This document shows, one piece after another, positions 18,788 through 27,835 of a DNA stretch of 64,000 nucleotides (the first letter of the stretch is position 1; each line of letters opens with the position of its first letter). The notes below the pieces were generated by a model. The model did not search any database. It worked only from the letters and a program-made list of their open reading frames with translations, and had not been told where the DNA came from. The stretch covers positions 142,015 through 206,014 of the forward strand of contig JAOAKQ010000002.1 in assembly GCA_026419835.1 (NCBI GenBank), in the 5' to 3' direction. The translations under genes and the position numbers were made by a program. Source of the stretch: Sulfolobales archaeon. Its GTDB lineage: Archaea > Thermoproteota > Thermoprotei_A > Sulfolobales > NBVN01.

Positions 18788-19257
18788 CTTCGGCTGCTGC
18801 CCCCCACTTCCTTAACTTTCTCGATAACTCTTACGTACTCTATTCTAGTGTGAGGATACTGCCCTTCTTCAGTTTTCTCGTACTTCTTCACCATGTCCCA
18901 TACTGTGAGTAGAGCTGTTGTAGTTCCCACCAGGGCCTCCATTTCAACACCAGTTCTAGCCACAGTCTTGACCACTGTTTCAACTCTCACACCATCTTCA
19001 CCCAGGATCTCTATAGCTACATCTACGTGAGTTATAGGTATGTTGTGACATAGAGGTAGTAGTTCCGGAGTTTTCTTAACGGCTGAGATAGCGGCTATCT
19101 TAGAAACCGTGAAGACATCCCCCTTCTCTATCTTCCCTTCTCTAATGAGCTTTATAGTTGAAGGAGATAGTTTTATTACACCCTCAGCTCTAGCCGCCCT
19201 AACGACCTCGTCCTTACCTCCTATATCGACCATTCTCACGGACATCTCGGTAACCAA
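18760..19257 (-). CDS. moaC: cyclic pyranopterin monophosphate synthase MoaC
   Basis: MVDIGGK..., LPLCHNIPITHVDV and GVEMEAL motifs. The likely start is an internal ATG (19245 or 19233). The last ~9 codons overlap the tRNA-Gln half on the opposite strand. Confidence 0.85.
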   Translation of the reverse strand: MVTEMSVRMVDIGGKDEVVRAARAEGVIKLSPSTIKLIREGKIEKGDVFTVSKIAAISAVKKTPELLPLCHNIPITHVDVAIEILGEDGVRVETVVKTVARTGVEMEALVGTTTALLTVWDMVKKYEKTEEGQYPHTRIEYVRVIEKVKEVGGSSRSPEPRILGR

Positions 19258-19591
19258 GTAGTAGATTCAGCGAGTTCTTATATCAATAGCTCGAAAACTA
19301 CGCTAGTAGCTGGCCGCGCTGGGCACTAGCCCCCACTTTTCTCACTACTTCAACTCCCTTCTACTCCAGCTCTTTCTTCTTTAGGTAACCCGTGGGTTCT
19401 CCAGTTTCACCGCGTAGTGAACTAGTTCACTAAGCGGTTTCCTAGCGGCACACTCCGAGAAGACCTCTTCACCCGCGCAGCGGAGTGTGCTTAGTTATGC
19501 TGGGAGTTAAGTCTGTCTTAGAACGCCGCTCGTCAGTTAGCGAGCAATTCAGGAGAGTTAAAGGGAGAGGTCTGAGTTTAAGTAGGCACGA

Positions 19592-19647
19592 CCCTCATAA
19601 CCCGGCCTTTCATCACATTCAGACCCGGTTTCCAACAATCATCAGGG
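19592..19647 (-). ncRNA. candidate box C/D sRNA
   Basis: Minus strand: CCC-TGATGA-ttgttggaaaccgggt-CTGA-at-GTGATGA-aaggccgggtt-ATGA-GGG. This gives C, D', C' and a variant D box, with a CCC/GGG terminal stem. It lies 7 nt downstream of the SAM synthetase stop. Confidence 0.45.
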
Positions 19648-19654
19648 AAAAAGG

Positions 19655-20893
19655 TTAGAATAGCTGAACTTGTTCTCTGACTATTAAGTCCGTTAGGGAA
19701 GTTATTTTGTTGATTTCTTCTCGCGCTATTTCTTCAGCATCTTTCTTTGCCGATTCTCCTTCAGCTGGGTTGAAGAGTACTAGAGATATGCTAGCTATCT
19801 GCGGTCTAGTAATTGGTTTTCCGATCTGAGATAGTAGCTCAACGTACGCTTCCTCAACTTTCGGTACTTCCTTAACTATTCTCTCAGCTATTCTATACGC
19901 TAAAACGTTGTACAGCTTTCCTACGTGACTAACCGGGTTCTTACCGGCTGTTGCCTCAAGACTCATTCTCCTCATAGGTGTTATTATACCGCAGGCCCTA
20001 TTTCCTCTACCAGTCGCACCATCATCTCCGTGCTCAGCCGACGTTCCCGTTACCGTTAGGTAGAATATGCCGAGATCGGGGTTATCGGCTGTGTTTACAT
20101 CGATCTCTACTTCAAATCCGGGAGCTACCTTCACCGCTAGATCTATCATTCGGTTCCTGATCTCCTCCTTAACTGACATGTAGTGGTCTGGGTCCGGTAT
20201 TAGGTGGGATATCAGTGCTGCCGCAATAGTAACTTTAATCTTACTACCTACCCTCATACCCATTACCTTCACGTCCTCGCCTACCTCCAGAAGCTCACTC
20301 TTTAACTTCGGAGAATTCAGCTCTCTCTCAATAGACAGAACTAGTTTCTCCAGGGGGGTTAGAGGAGCGAACCCAACACCGAAACTAGTATCGTTAGCTA
20401 GAGGAACGCTTCTAGCACCAGCTTCGTACGTCTTCACTAGGTCCACACTGCCGCTTCTGATCATGTAGTCTACTACGACATGTCTATCGGGATCCAGGAA
20501 TCTGAAGTTCCTTCTAATCCAGTCCTTAACTGCGCTAACTACGATCGTTCCGATGGGTATTCTCACAAAAGAACCACCAACGTTAACAAACTCAGTAGCT
20601 CTTCCAGCAACAACTATGTAGATCGGGTGAAGAACTTCCCCACCACCAAACACCGGATTAGACTGACCGCCGACTACGAGAACCTTATCCACGTTGTGGT
20701 GGAGAATCGTGTCGAACTTTTCGAGGTAGTACTTGGATAGAGCTACACTCGAAGCCTCCGCCGCTGCGTCAGCTACGTAATCCGGGTGCCCCAGACCCTT
20801 TCTCTCAGCGAGCTCTACCGGCAGCTTACTCGTCGGTGTAGTGTTTAAAGTGTTTACAAATACCCTGAGTTCCTCGCGGTCCGTGGTTATCAC
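19655..20893 (-). CDS. mat: archaeal-type S-adenosylmethionine synthetase (MAT)
   Basis: 412 aa. [17 protein letters not shown] and [16 protein letters not shown] are characteristic of the archaeal MAT family. Confidence 0.9.
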   Translation of the reverse strand: MITTDREELRVFVNTLNTTPTSKLPVELAERKGLGHPDYVADAAAEASSVALSKYYLEKFDTILHHNVDKVLVVGGQSNPVFGGGEVLHPIYIVVAGRATEFVNVGGSFVRIPIGTIVVSAVKDWIRRNFRFLDPDRHVVVDYMIRSGSVDLVKTYEAGARSVPLANDTSFGVGFAPLTPLEKLVLSIERELNSPKLKSELLEVGEDVKVMGMRVGSKIKVTIAAALISHLIPDPDHYMSVKEEIRNRMIDLAVKVAPGFEVEIDVNTADNPDLGIFYLTVTGTSAEHGDDGATGRGNRACGIITPMRRMSLEATAGKNPVSHVGKLYNVLAYRIAERIVKEVPKVEEAYVELLSQIGKPITRPQIASISLVLFNPAEGESAKKDAEEIAREEINKITSLTDLIVREQVQLF

Positions 20894-20955
20894 CTATGTA
20901 GTTCTAATACTCTAGCGGTTAAATTCTTTATTACTACAAGCCCGGCCTCCGAGTA

Positions 20956-21003
20956 CCCCCAAGGTAAAGTTTATAAACATACTGAACGATGGAGTTGAAA
21001 GAA
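20956..21003 (-). repeat. post-stop intergenic repeat, copy D (short 48-nt version, minus orientation)
   Basis: The reverse complement reads ttctttcaactccatcgttcag-tatgtttataaactttaccttggggg. It begins at the nucleotide immediately after the Sm gene stop (21004-21006). Confidence 0.6.
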
Positions 21004-21267
21004 CTACCTCTCGAACTCGTAGTTTATGGCTATGTACACTATCTGACTACCTCTTATTAAGACAGTGCCGTAGTCCGCTACTACCTCGGGGTTTTCATTG
21101 TTCCACGCAATTTCTCTGCAGTCGCTGAGAACTACGTTCATAGTGCTATCAACCATAACCAACCTCCCGACGTACGCTGAACCGTTCTTAACTTTTACTA
21201 GCGCGCTCTTCGCAATGCCGGCTCTAAGCATTTTAAGTGGACTCTCAACCTTCGCTTGAGAGGACAC
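21004..21267 (-). CDS. archaeal Sm-like (LSm) protein
   Basis: Sm1/Sm2 pattern: LVKVKNGSAYVGRLVMVDSTMNVVLSDC ... VLIRGSQIVYI. Confidence 0.85.
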   Translation of the reverse strand: MSSQAKVESPLKMLRAGIAKSALVKVKNGSAYVGRLVMVDSTMNVVLSDCREIAWNNENPEVVADYGTVLIRGSQIVYIAINYEFER

Positions 21268-21369
21268 GACTACTCACTAAGCTAGTAGTGTGGAGAGACT
21301 TTTAAAGCACACTAGAATACGCACTTCAGACCGCCTAATTGAGCTTCAGAGACGCCGATCGAAAATTTT

Positions 21370-23304
21370 TTGCTTCACCCAGATACTTTTCGGAGTTTAA
21401 GAATGGTTTCCGATCCTAGCTCAAGCTCAGATATTGATTCTTTAAACTACCTCCAGCGAGTTCTAGACTCCGAATCGTATAGGAAGCTGGTAGCCATTAA
21501 AGACGGGTCGTTGTTGAAGTGGATAGCCGATATGGTAGCGCTAGCTAAACCATCGTCCGTCTTCGTCGTTACAGATGGTAGCGATGATTTAGCACGCGTT
21601 GTGAGAGCTTCTCTAGAGAGTGGCGAGGAGGTCCCGACAACCATCCCAAAGCACACGGTTCACTTCGACGGGCCCAGAGACCTAGCTAGAGATAGGAAGA
21701 ACACTAGAATACTAACGCCGGGGGGAGGTGCCATACCTCTAGTAAACACCTACGACCGAGAGCTAGGTCTCCGAGAAATTAGGGAGATATCGGACGGCAT
21801 TATGAGTGGCAGGGTGATGTACGTTGCGTTCTACTGCTTCGGACCTCCGAACTCTGACTTCACTATGTACGCAGTTCAGATAACGGACTCAGCGTACGTC
21901 GTTCACAGCGAGAACTTGCTGTACAGAAACTGCTACGGTGAGTTCGTGAGGAAGGCTCCGAACATCAGGTACGCCAAGTTCTTCCACTCCGCCGGGGAGA
22001 GAGACCTAAATGGTTGGAGTGTGAACGTAGATAGGAGGAGGATATTCGTAGATATCGAAGACAGCGCCGTCTACAGCGTCAATACTCAGTACGCTGGAAA
22101 CTCCGTGGGCTTGAAGAAGCTAATGCTCAGACTCTGCGTATACGTAGGCTATAGAGAGGGCTGGCTCTGCGAGCACATGTTTATAGCTGGTGTTAGAGGT
22201 CCGGGAGGTAGGGTTACCTACTTCACCGGAGCGTTCCCAGCTGGATGCGGTAAGACTTCAACGGTGTTCTCAGCGGATACGGTAGTCGGGGACGACCTAG
22301 CTATAATTAAGAACGTCGGCGGCGTAGCTAGAGGTGTGAACCCCGAGGTAGGGATGTTTGGAATTATAGATGGTGTGAACCCTGTCGACGACCCGGATAT
22401 CTACGAGATCCTCACCTCACCAAGCACTGAAGTTGTGTTCTCAAACGTTCTTCTCACGGATAGCGGTAGGGTCTGGTGGAGAGGTAGAGAGGGCGACCCA
22501 GAACCTGGAGTAAACTACGGAGGTAGGTGGTGGCCCGGTAAGAAGGATGGGGAAGGCCGTGAAGTACCTCCATCACATCCTAATGCTAGGTTCACTACGT
22601 CTATTAGGTACCTAAAGAACCTAGACCCCGGGATAGATGACCCATCCGGAGTTCCGATAAATGGAATGGTGTTCGGCGGTCGGGACCCCAGAACCCTCCC
22701 GCCAGTACTAGAGGCGTTCGACTGGGAGCACGGTGTGGTAACCGTAGGAGCTTCACTAGAGTCTGAGAAGACTGCGGCGGTACTGGAGAAGGTGGGGGAG
22801 ATGGAGTTCAACCCGTTCGCTATGCTGGACTTCCTCTCGATATCCCCCGGGAAGTTCCTGGAGCTGCACCTGAGATTCGGAGAAAACCTCTCGGTGAAGC
22901 CCAAGATCTTCAGCGTCAACTACTTCCTGAAGGACGAGTCGGGTAGGTACATAGCCGATAAGGTGGATAAGAAGGTCTGGTTGAAGTGGATGGAGTTGAG
23001 AGTTCACGAAGACGTGGACGCGGTTAGAACTCCCGCAGGTTACATACCGATATACGACGACCTAGTCGAACTATTCGACGAGCACCTTGGGAAAGCGTAT
23101 AGCGAGGAAAGGTACGTGAAAGAGTTTAGTTTGAGAGTAGATAGGTTCCTGGAGAAAGTAGGTAGGATCTGGAGAACGTACTCTGAAATCCCCGACACAC
23201 CACTGAAGCTATTCGAGATACTTGAGGAGCAGAAGAGGAGACTGGAGGAAGTGAGGGCTAGGTACGGAGGTGTTGTCGAACCGTTTAAACTAGAGAGGAG
23301 GTAG
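21370..23304 (+). CDS. pckG: GTP-dependent phosphoenolpyruvate carboxykinase
   Basis: Kinase-1a-like FPAGCGKTS, NARFT and VNYFLKDE motifs typical of PEPCK-GTP. The likely start is ATG 21403. Confidence 0.9.
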   Translation: MLHPDTFRSLRMVSDPSSSSDIDSLNYLQRVLDSESYRKLVAIKDGSLLKWIADMVALAKPSSVFVVTDGSDDLARVVRASLESGEEVPTTIPKHTVHFDGPRDLARDRKNTRILTPGGGAIPLVNTYDRELGLREIREISDGIMSGRVMYVAFYCFGPPNSDFTMYAVQITDSAYVVHSENLLYRNCYGEFVRKAPNIRYAKFFHSAGERDLNGWSVNVDRRRIFVDIEDSAVYSVNTQYAGNSVGLKKLMLRLCVYVGYREGWLCEHMFIAGVRGPGGRVTYFTGAFPAGCGKTSTVFSADTVVGDDLAIIKNVGGVARGVNPEVGMFGIIDGVNPVDDPDIYEILTSPSTEVVFSNVLLTDSGRVWWRGREGDPEPGVNYGGRWWPGKKDGEGREVPPSHPNARFTTSIRYLKNLDPGIDDPSGVPINGMVFGGRDPRTLPPVLEAFDWEHGVVTVGASLESEKTAAVLEKVGEMEFNPFAMLDFLSISPGKFLELHLRFGENLSVKPKIFSVNYFLKDESGRYIADKVDKKVWLKWMELRVHEDVDAVRTPAGYIPIYDDLVELFDEHLGKAYSEERYVKEFSLRVDRFLEKVGRIWRTYSEIPDTPLKLFEILEEQKRRLEEVRARYGGVVEPFKLERR

Positions 23305-23343
23305 ACTCTAAACTACTCGTAGAACCTGGTACTCGGTGACTTC

Positions 23344-24312
23344 GTGAAGTACGTAGTTGGAGTTGATGTGGGTGCTACTAAGATCAGGGTCGGCTTGTTC
23401 ACACTTAGTGGTGAGCTACTTAGAGCTACCACTACATCGACACCTCAAGAAGGTAGCGACACGGTTGTTGCGGGCTTAATCGTATCCAAGATCTTCGAGC
23501 TGACTCCAGATCCGCGCAGGGATGTGGTAGCTGTTGGAGTAGGCACTGTAGGTCCCATAGATATCCGCCGCGGTGATGTCGTTGGAGCTCCCAACGTTAA
23601 GCTAAGGAACTTCAAGCTGAAAGCACCGATAGAGGAGGCACTGCGCGTAAGAACCTACGTAGTAAACGATTGCGTAGCCGCTGCGTGGGGGGAGTACACC
23701 GTGGGTGCCGGTAGGGGCTTAAGCAACGTTGTGTACGTAACTCTCAGTACAGGTATTGGCTGTGGCGCAGTTATCGAGGACCACCTACTGCTCGGAAAAG
23801 ACGGTAACGCTCACGAAGTAGGTCACATAGTTCTAGACTACAGCGGTAGGTTTACGTGCGGTTGCGGGGGTCTCGGGCACTGGGAGGGGATTGCCTCGGG
23901 AGCGAACATACCGAAAACGGCCGCCGTTCTAGCTAGAGAGTGGAGAGGTCCTGAAACGGAGGCGTATGGGAGAGCTCTCGAAGGTTCGATAACGCCGGAG
24001 GAGGTATTCGACTACCAATCCCGAGCGGACGCTTTCGCCGACTACCTAGTGAACTTTCTTGCCGAGGTCAATGCCGCCGGCGTAGCGTCCGTAGTAAACG
24101 TCTACGACCCAGAGCTGCTCTCCCTGGGTGGGTCTATAGCTCTGAGGAATCCGAAGATGGTTGAGTCGATCGCGAAGAAGGTGCGTAAGTACGTAGTAAA
24201 CAGGTTGCCGGAGCTCGTTCTAACACCTCTAGGTGAAAATGCGGTTCTAGTCGGAGCCTCCATGATAGCCTTAAACACACCACCCAACCTAGTGAAACTT
24301 CAGAAAGGTTAG
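23344..24312 (+). CDS. ROK-family sugar kinase (glucokinase-like)
   Basis: N-terminal VGVDVGATKIRVG ATPase motif. ROK zinc motif GHIVLD...CGCGGLGHWE. Confidence 0.8.
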   Translation: MKYVVGVDVGATKIRVGLFTLSGELLRATTTSTPQEGSDTVVAGLIVSKIFELTPDPRRDVVAVGVGTVGPIDIRRGDVVGAPNVKLRNFKLKAPIEEALRVRTYVVNDCVAAAWGEYTVGAGRGLSNVVYVTLSTGIGCGAVIEDHLLLGKDGNAHEVGHIVLDYSGRFTCGCGGLGHWEGIASGANIPKTAAVLAREWRGPETEAYGRALEGSITPEEVFDYQSRADAFADYLVNFLAEVNAAGVASVVNVYDPELLSLGGSIALRNPKMVESIAKKVRKYVVNRLPELVLTPLGENAVLVGASMIALNTPPNLVKLQKG

Positions 24313-24402
24313 CTGAGAACTCCGGGTCTCCAGCTTCTAGAACTCACCCAGCTCTACGTGGAGTAGGGCGGCTCTAATTAACTTCTACCCGACTTAACCA
24401 GG

Positions 24403-24732
24403 GTGTCTCGAATGTACAGAGCTGTGTACGATGCGCTACTAAGAGGTCTTCCCGAGGAAGTTGCTTGCTTAGCGAAGCTGGGTGAGCACTTGTTTTCTAG
24501 AGGTTTCTGCGTTGGAACGCATACTTCATTCATATGCTCCTACGGTGGGAGCTTAGTTAAAGTTTCTCCACAGGTAGTTAGACCCCAGTACATAGTTCAC
24601 GAACTAGCGCACGCTGGTACTGTGAAGATCGTCGTAGAGAGCTCAAACCACGAATTTCTAGTTAGCGTGGTTTCGGATATATACAGAACGCTGAAGGAGT
24701 GCGGTGTAGTTCTCAAACTAATTCCGGAGTAG
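24403..24732 (+). CDS. hypothetical protein
   Basis: 109-aa ORF. No family recognised. Confidence 0.45.
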   Translation: MSRMYRAVYDALLRGLPEEVACLAKLGEHLFSRGFCVGTHTSFICSYGGSLVKVSPQVVRPQYIVHELAHAGTVKIVVESSNHEFLVSVVSDIYRTLKECGVVLKLIPE

Positions 24733-24733
24733 T

Positions 24734-24838
24734 CCCTTTCAATTCTATCGTCCAGATTCTGCGTTCCGTTTTCCTTCTCTATCGTTCAGATGCCTCTACG
24801 TTCCTATTGTTTGCGGGTTTTAAGCTTTATCTTGGGAG
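24734..24838 (+). repeat. post-stop intergenic repeat, copy B (105 nt, with internal duplication of the 5' module)
   Basis: ccctttcaattctatcgtccagattctgcgttccg...tctctatcgttcagatgcc...tattgtttgcgggttttaagctttatcttgggag. There is 1 nt between the TAG (24730-24732) and the element. Its 3' end contains the stop codon of the convergent epimerase gene. Confidence 0.7.
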
Positions 24839-25780
24839 TAGCCCTAGTTCTCGAGCTAGTGCTTGGGCCGTCAGCCTGATTGCTTCAGCACTCGTATACC
24901 TAGGTCTCCAACCTAGAGACTTAATCTTATCTATAGATAGGAGCATGAGCTTAACGTCCCCGGGCCACCCCCTCCCGTCCGGGGTTCCCCCCGAGAAGAC
25001 TACCCTAGGTCTTACACCGAGCACCTCACTCACTATCCTAGCTATTTCCGATACCTCGATCCAGTCTTCGTTTCCCACGTTAAGCACGCTGAAGGCCGCT
25101 GAGCTCTTAGCAACTGCGAGTAGAGTGGCTTCAACGGCGTCATCTACGTAGAGGTAGCTCTTTCTCTGCCTACCATCGCCCAGAACCTCAAGCACGGAGC
25201 TCTCCCTACTTAACTTCATGAGGAAGTCGTACACTACTCCATGCCTCATTCGCGGTCCCACTATGTTAGCGTACCTAGCGACAACAACCTTCAAACCGTA
25301 TAGAGCTGAGTAACTGTGAAGTATTAGCTCTGCGGCCGCCTTCGACGCTCCGTAGACGCTGATAGGCCTTAGAGTGTGTTCTTCACTTGTAGGTATCGCC
25401 GAAGCATCTCCGTAGACTGTGGAAGAACTCGCGAAAACCACGGTTTTAACCGTCCCCAGGATCCTGGAGGCTTCAGCAACATTAAAAGTTCCACGCACGT
25501 TCTCTTCGAAGTGAATTCTGGGTTCCGTAGAGCTTACCCTCACTTCCGGGTTCGCAGCAAAGTGGTACACTACTTCAGCTTCCTTAAGCGCGCTTAAGCA
25601 AGTCTTCAAGTCCTTGACGTCTCCTACGACTAGCTCTATCTTACCGCGAACCCTATCTAGGTTATCTAGAGAACCGCTACTTAAGTTATCTAGAACGGTG
25701 ACTTCGAAGCCATCGCTAACTAGTCTCTCAACTAGGTGACTTCCAATAAATCCAGCACCGCCGGTAACCACGACCTTCAC
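24827..25780 (-). CDS. NAD-dependent epimerase/dehydratase (extended SDR, GalE-like)
   Basis: VVTGGAGFIGSHLVERL Rossmann motif and catalytic YGASK. Confidence 0.85.
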   Translation of the reverse strand: MKVVVTGGAGFIGSHLVERLVSDGFEVTVLDNLSSGSLDNLDRVRGKIELVVGDVKDLKTCLSALKEAEVVYHFAANPEVRVSSTEPRIHFEENVRGTFNVAEASRILGTVKTVVFASSSTVYGDASAIPTSEEHTLRPISVYGASKAAAELILHSYSALYGLKVVVARYANIVGPRMRHGVVYDFLMKLSRESSVLEVLGDGRQRKSYLYVDDAVEATLLAVAKSSAAFSVLNVGNEDWIEVSEIARIVSEVLGVRPRVVFSGGTPDGRGWPGDVKLMLLSIDKIKSLGWRPRYTSAEAIRLTAQALARELGLLPR

Positions 25781-25919
25781 GGCAAGCCCACACTGTACTT
25801 TAAGCTCTCCTAATAATCACTGCGGTGAGCTTCGGGGCCTCCTATTCAGGTAGTGCGATACTTTCCGAGCTAGCATTGAGTAGATTTATCTATCTCCAGA
25901 TTACTAGTGGTGCTACGAG

Positions 25920-26426
25920 GTGATCGAGCTCCCCGAAGCTGTGAAAGACGGGGTCGTGCAGGTAGCTAAGCTAATGGCTCTCAGCGCTCTAACGGCTCCG
26001 AAAGGTAGGGGTGTGGACAACGTCTTAGTCAAGATACTCGATAGGAGAGAGGAGCTGGAGGCCCTAGCTGCCGCTATGGATGAGCTGGCTCGAGAGTACG
26101 GAGAGTTCTTTGCTAGAGACGCGTACGGAGTGAGAAGGTCGGAAGTGGTTGTACTAGTTGGGTGCAGAATTGTGGACTTCAAGCTAAAGCAGCCTAAGGA
26201 GGCGGCTGTAGACGTAAACTTAGCGATGAGCTTAATTAATCTCGGAATAGCCCTCGGCTCGGCCGTTAAAACGGCCTCACTGCACAACGTAGATAACAGG
26301 ATAATGTACACTATCGGCATAGCTGCTAAGAAGCTCAACCTTCTAGACGCTGATGTAATTATAGGAGTACCTCTCAGTGCTACTAGCAAGAACATATACT
26401 TCGATAGAGTGTGGCCTCCGAAGTAG
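25920..26426 (+). CDS. conserved hypothetical protein (DUF2148-like)
   Basis: 168 aa. ...ALSALTAPKGRGVDNV... resembles DUF2148, recalled from memory. GTG preceded by GGTG. The antisense 213-aa ORF is low-complexity. Confidence 0.45.
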   Translation: MIELPEAVKDGVVQVAKLMALSALTAPKGRGVDNVLVKILDRREELEALAAAMDELAREYGEFFARDAYGVRRSEVVVLVGCRIVDFKLKQPKEAAVDVNLAMSLINLGIALGSAVKTASLHNVDNRIMYTIGIAAKKLNLLDADVIIGVPLSATSKNIYFDRVWPPK

Positions 26427-26536
26427 CGCGTAGTGGAGACCGTAACCGCTTTCGATTTCCAGGAGCTTCCCATGTGTGCTCGAAAGCGGAGGAGGTAGGT
26501 AGTACTTGAATAACTCTGAAACCACCAAAGTGTGGG

Positions 26537-27418
26537 TTGCGTATGAAAACTCACGTATTTTTAATTGCGAGCGCTCTAACCGCTGGCTTAGTTGCGTACG
26601 TAGTAGTATCGTTTCTCACTTCTCAAATAAATAGCGGTGACACTGTTGTAGTGGGAGATGAAGTGCTGCTCCCCCTACCCTCTAAGATTACTAGACTGAC
26701 GGTTGAAGAAGCTATACTTCTTAGGAAGAGCATTAGGGAGTGGCGCAGGGAGCCTATAACCATAGTTCAGCTATCGATGCTTCTCTGGGCATCCCAGGGG
26801 ATTGTTGAGGACGCTGGCTTTGGATGGTATAGAAGAGCCGCCCCCAGCGCTGGAGCTACCTACCCCGTGGAGGTCTACGTAGTGGTTGGCGAGAAGGGCG
26901 TTAGGGTCGGTGAGGAGGAGTTTCTTAAAGCCGGTGTCTACAAGTACGACTACATGAAACACTCGGTTAGGCTAGTTAAGGAGGGAGATGTTAGAGTGGA
27001 CTTGTGGAGAGCTTCTCTCAGGCAGGATTGGGTTAGAGACGCACCGATAACCATAGTGCTCTGCGCGATCTACGAGAGAACTACCGGTAGGTACGGTGAG
27101 AGAGGTATAAGGTACGTACATATGGAGCTAGGGCACGTGGGTCAGAACATATACCTAGTAGCGACAGCCCTCGACCTAGGGACCGTAGCTATAGGAGCTT
27201 TCTACGACGAGGAGGTTGCTAAAGTAATCTCGTCAGCTAGAAATGAGAGACCTCTATACCTATTCCCAGTGGGCGTTCCTAGAGAACCTCATAGAGCGAC
27301 TTTCGAGGAGCTGAGTAGGCTCTACGAAAGACTTAGAAGAGGTTCTAGAGCTACAGATCTTGAACCGCGGGGGGACTATGAGAGTGAGATCCGCATACAC
27401 CTGGCTCCGGATAGTTGA
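26537..27418 (+). CDS. SagB-type/nitroreductase-family dehydrogenase with N-terminal TM anchor
   Basis: RRAAPSAGATYPVEVYVVV and HMELGHVGQNIYL are typical of the SagB/ThcOx nitroreductase-like family. N-terminal hydrophobic helix. Confidence 0.7.
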   Translation: MRMKTHVFLIASALTAGLVAYVVVSFLTSQINSGDTVVVGDEVLLPLPSKITRLTVEEAILLRKSIREWRREPITIVQLSMLLWASQGIVEDAGFGWYRRAAPSAGATYPVEVYVVVGEKGVRVGEEEFLKAGVYKYDYMKHSVRLVKEGDVRVDLWRASLRQDWVRDAPITIVLCAIYERTTGRYGERGIRYVHMELGHVGQNIYLVATALDLGTVAIGAFYDEEVAKVISSARNERPLYLFPVGVPREPHRATFEELSRLYERLRRGSRATDLEPRGDYESEIRIHLAPDS

Positions 27419-27740
27419 GGTAACGGCTATACCGATATCCGCTCTACTAGCACTCTACGTACTCAGCGGGTACGGAATGGTCTCTCCTGGAGTAACGTCC
27501 GTCTTAGGCTTTACCTACAGGTTCTCTACCTACGTACACAGTCACCCGGTGCTGAGGTACTTGACTACTGTGCTAGTAGCTGCGCACGGATGTGGAGGGT
27601 TCATGCTGCTAGTAAGTAGGTATGTAAGAAAACCTATACTCAAGCACGCTCTATCAGCCGCTGCGCTAGTGTATGCCGTAGTTTTACTTACCGTATCGAC
27701 TCTAGTAGAGCTAGCTTTAATGCTGGGAATGCCGCGCTAG
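27378..27740 (+). CDS. small integral membrane protein
   Basis: About 120 aa with 3-4 predicted TM segments. Overlaps the end of the upstream gene. Start uncertain (27360 or 27378). Confidence 0.45.
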   Translation: MRVRSAYTWLRIVEVTAIPISALLALYVLSGYGMVSPGVTSVLGFTYRFSTYVHSHPVLRYLTTVLVAAHGCGGFMLLVSRYVRKPILKHALSAAALVYAVVLLTVSTLVELALMLGMPR

Positions 27741-27835
27741 CTGTGGTAGGGGGTTTCACCGCCGCGCTCTCACCTCAATACCTTTACCTTAGCGTAGTGG
27801 TTGTGTGCCTATATAGTTAGAGAACGTAGTTACAG

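Noticed and set aside
18749-19000. The tRNA-Gln half as a complete intron-containing tRNA.
   Set aside because: The only possible 3' anticodon-stem strand (CUUCG, 18788-18792) needs two G-U pairs. It is followed by no T arm or acceptor strand within 250 nt, and the downstream sequence is the moaC coding region.
19498-19674. 58-codon plus-strand ORF (MLGVKSVLERRSSVSEQF...) in the MAT-moaC gap.
   Set aside because: It overlaps the C/D sRNA candidate and the MAT stop on the opposite strand. It is basic and low-complexity, has no SD, and is probably spurious.
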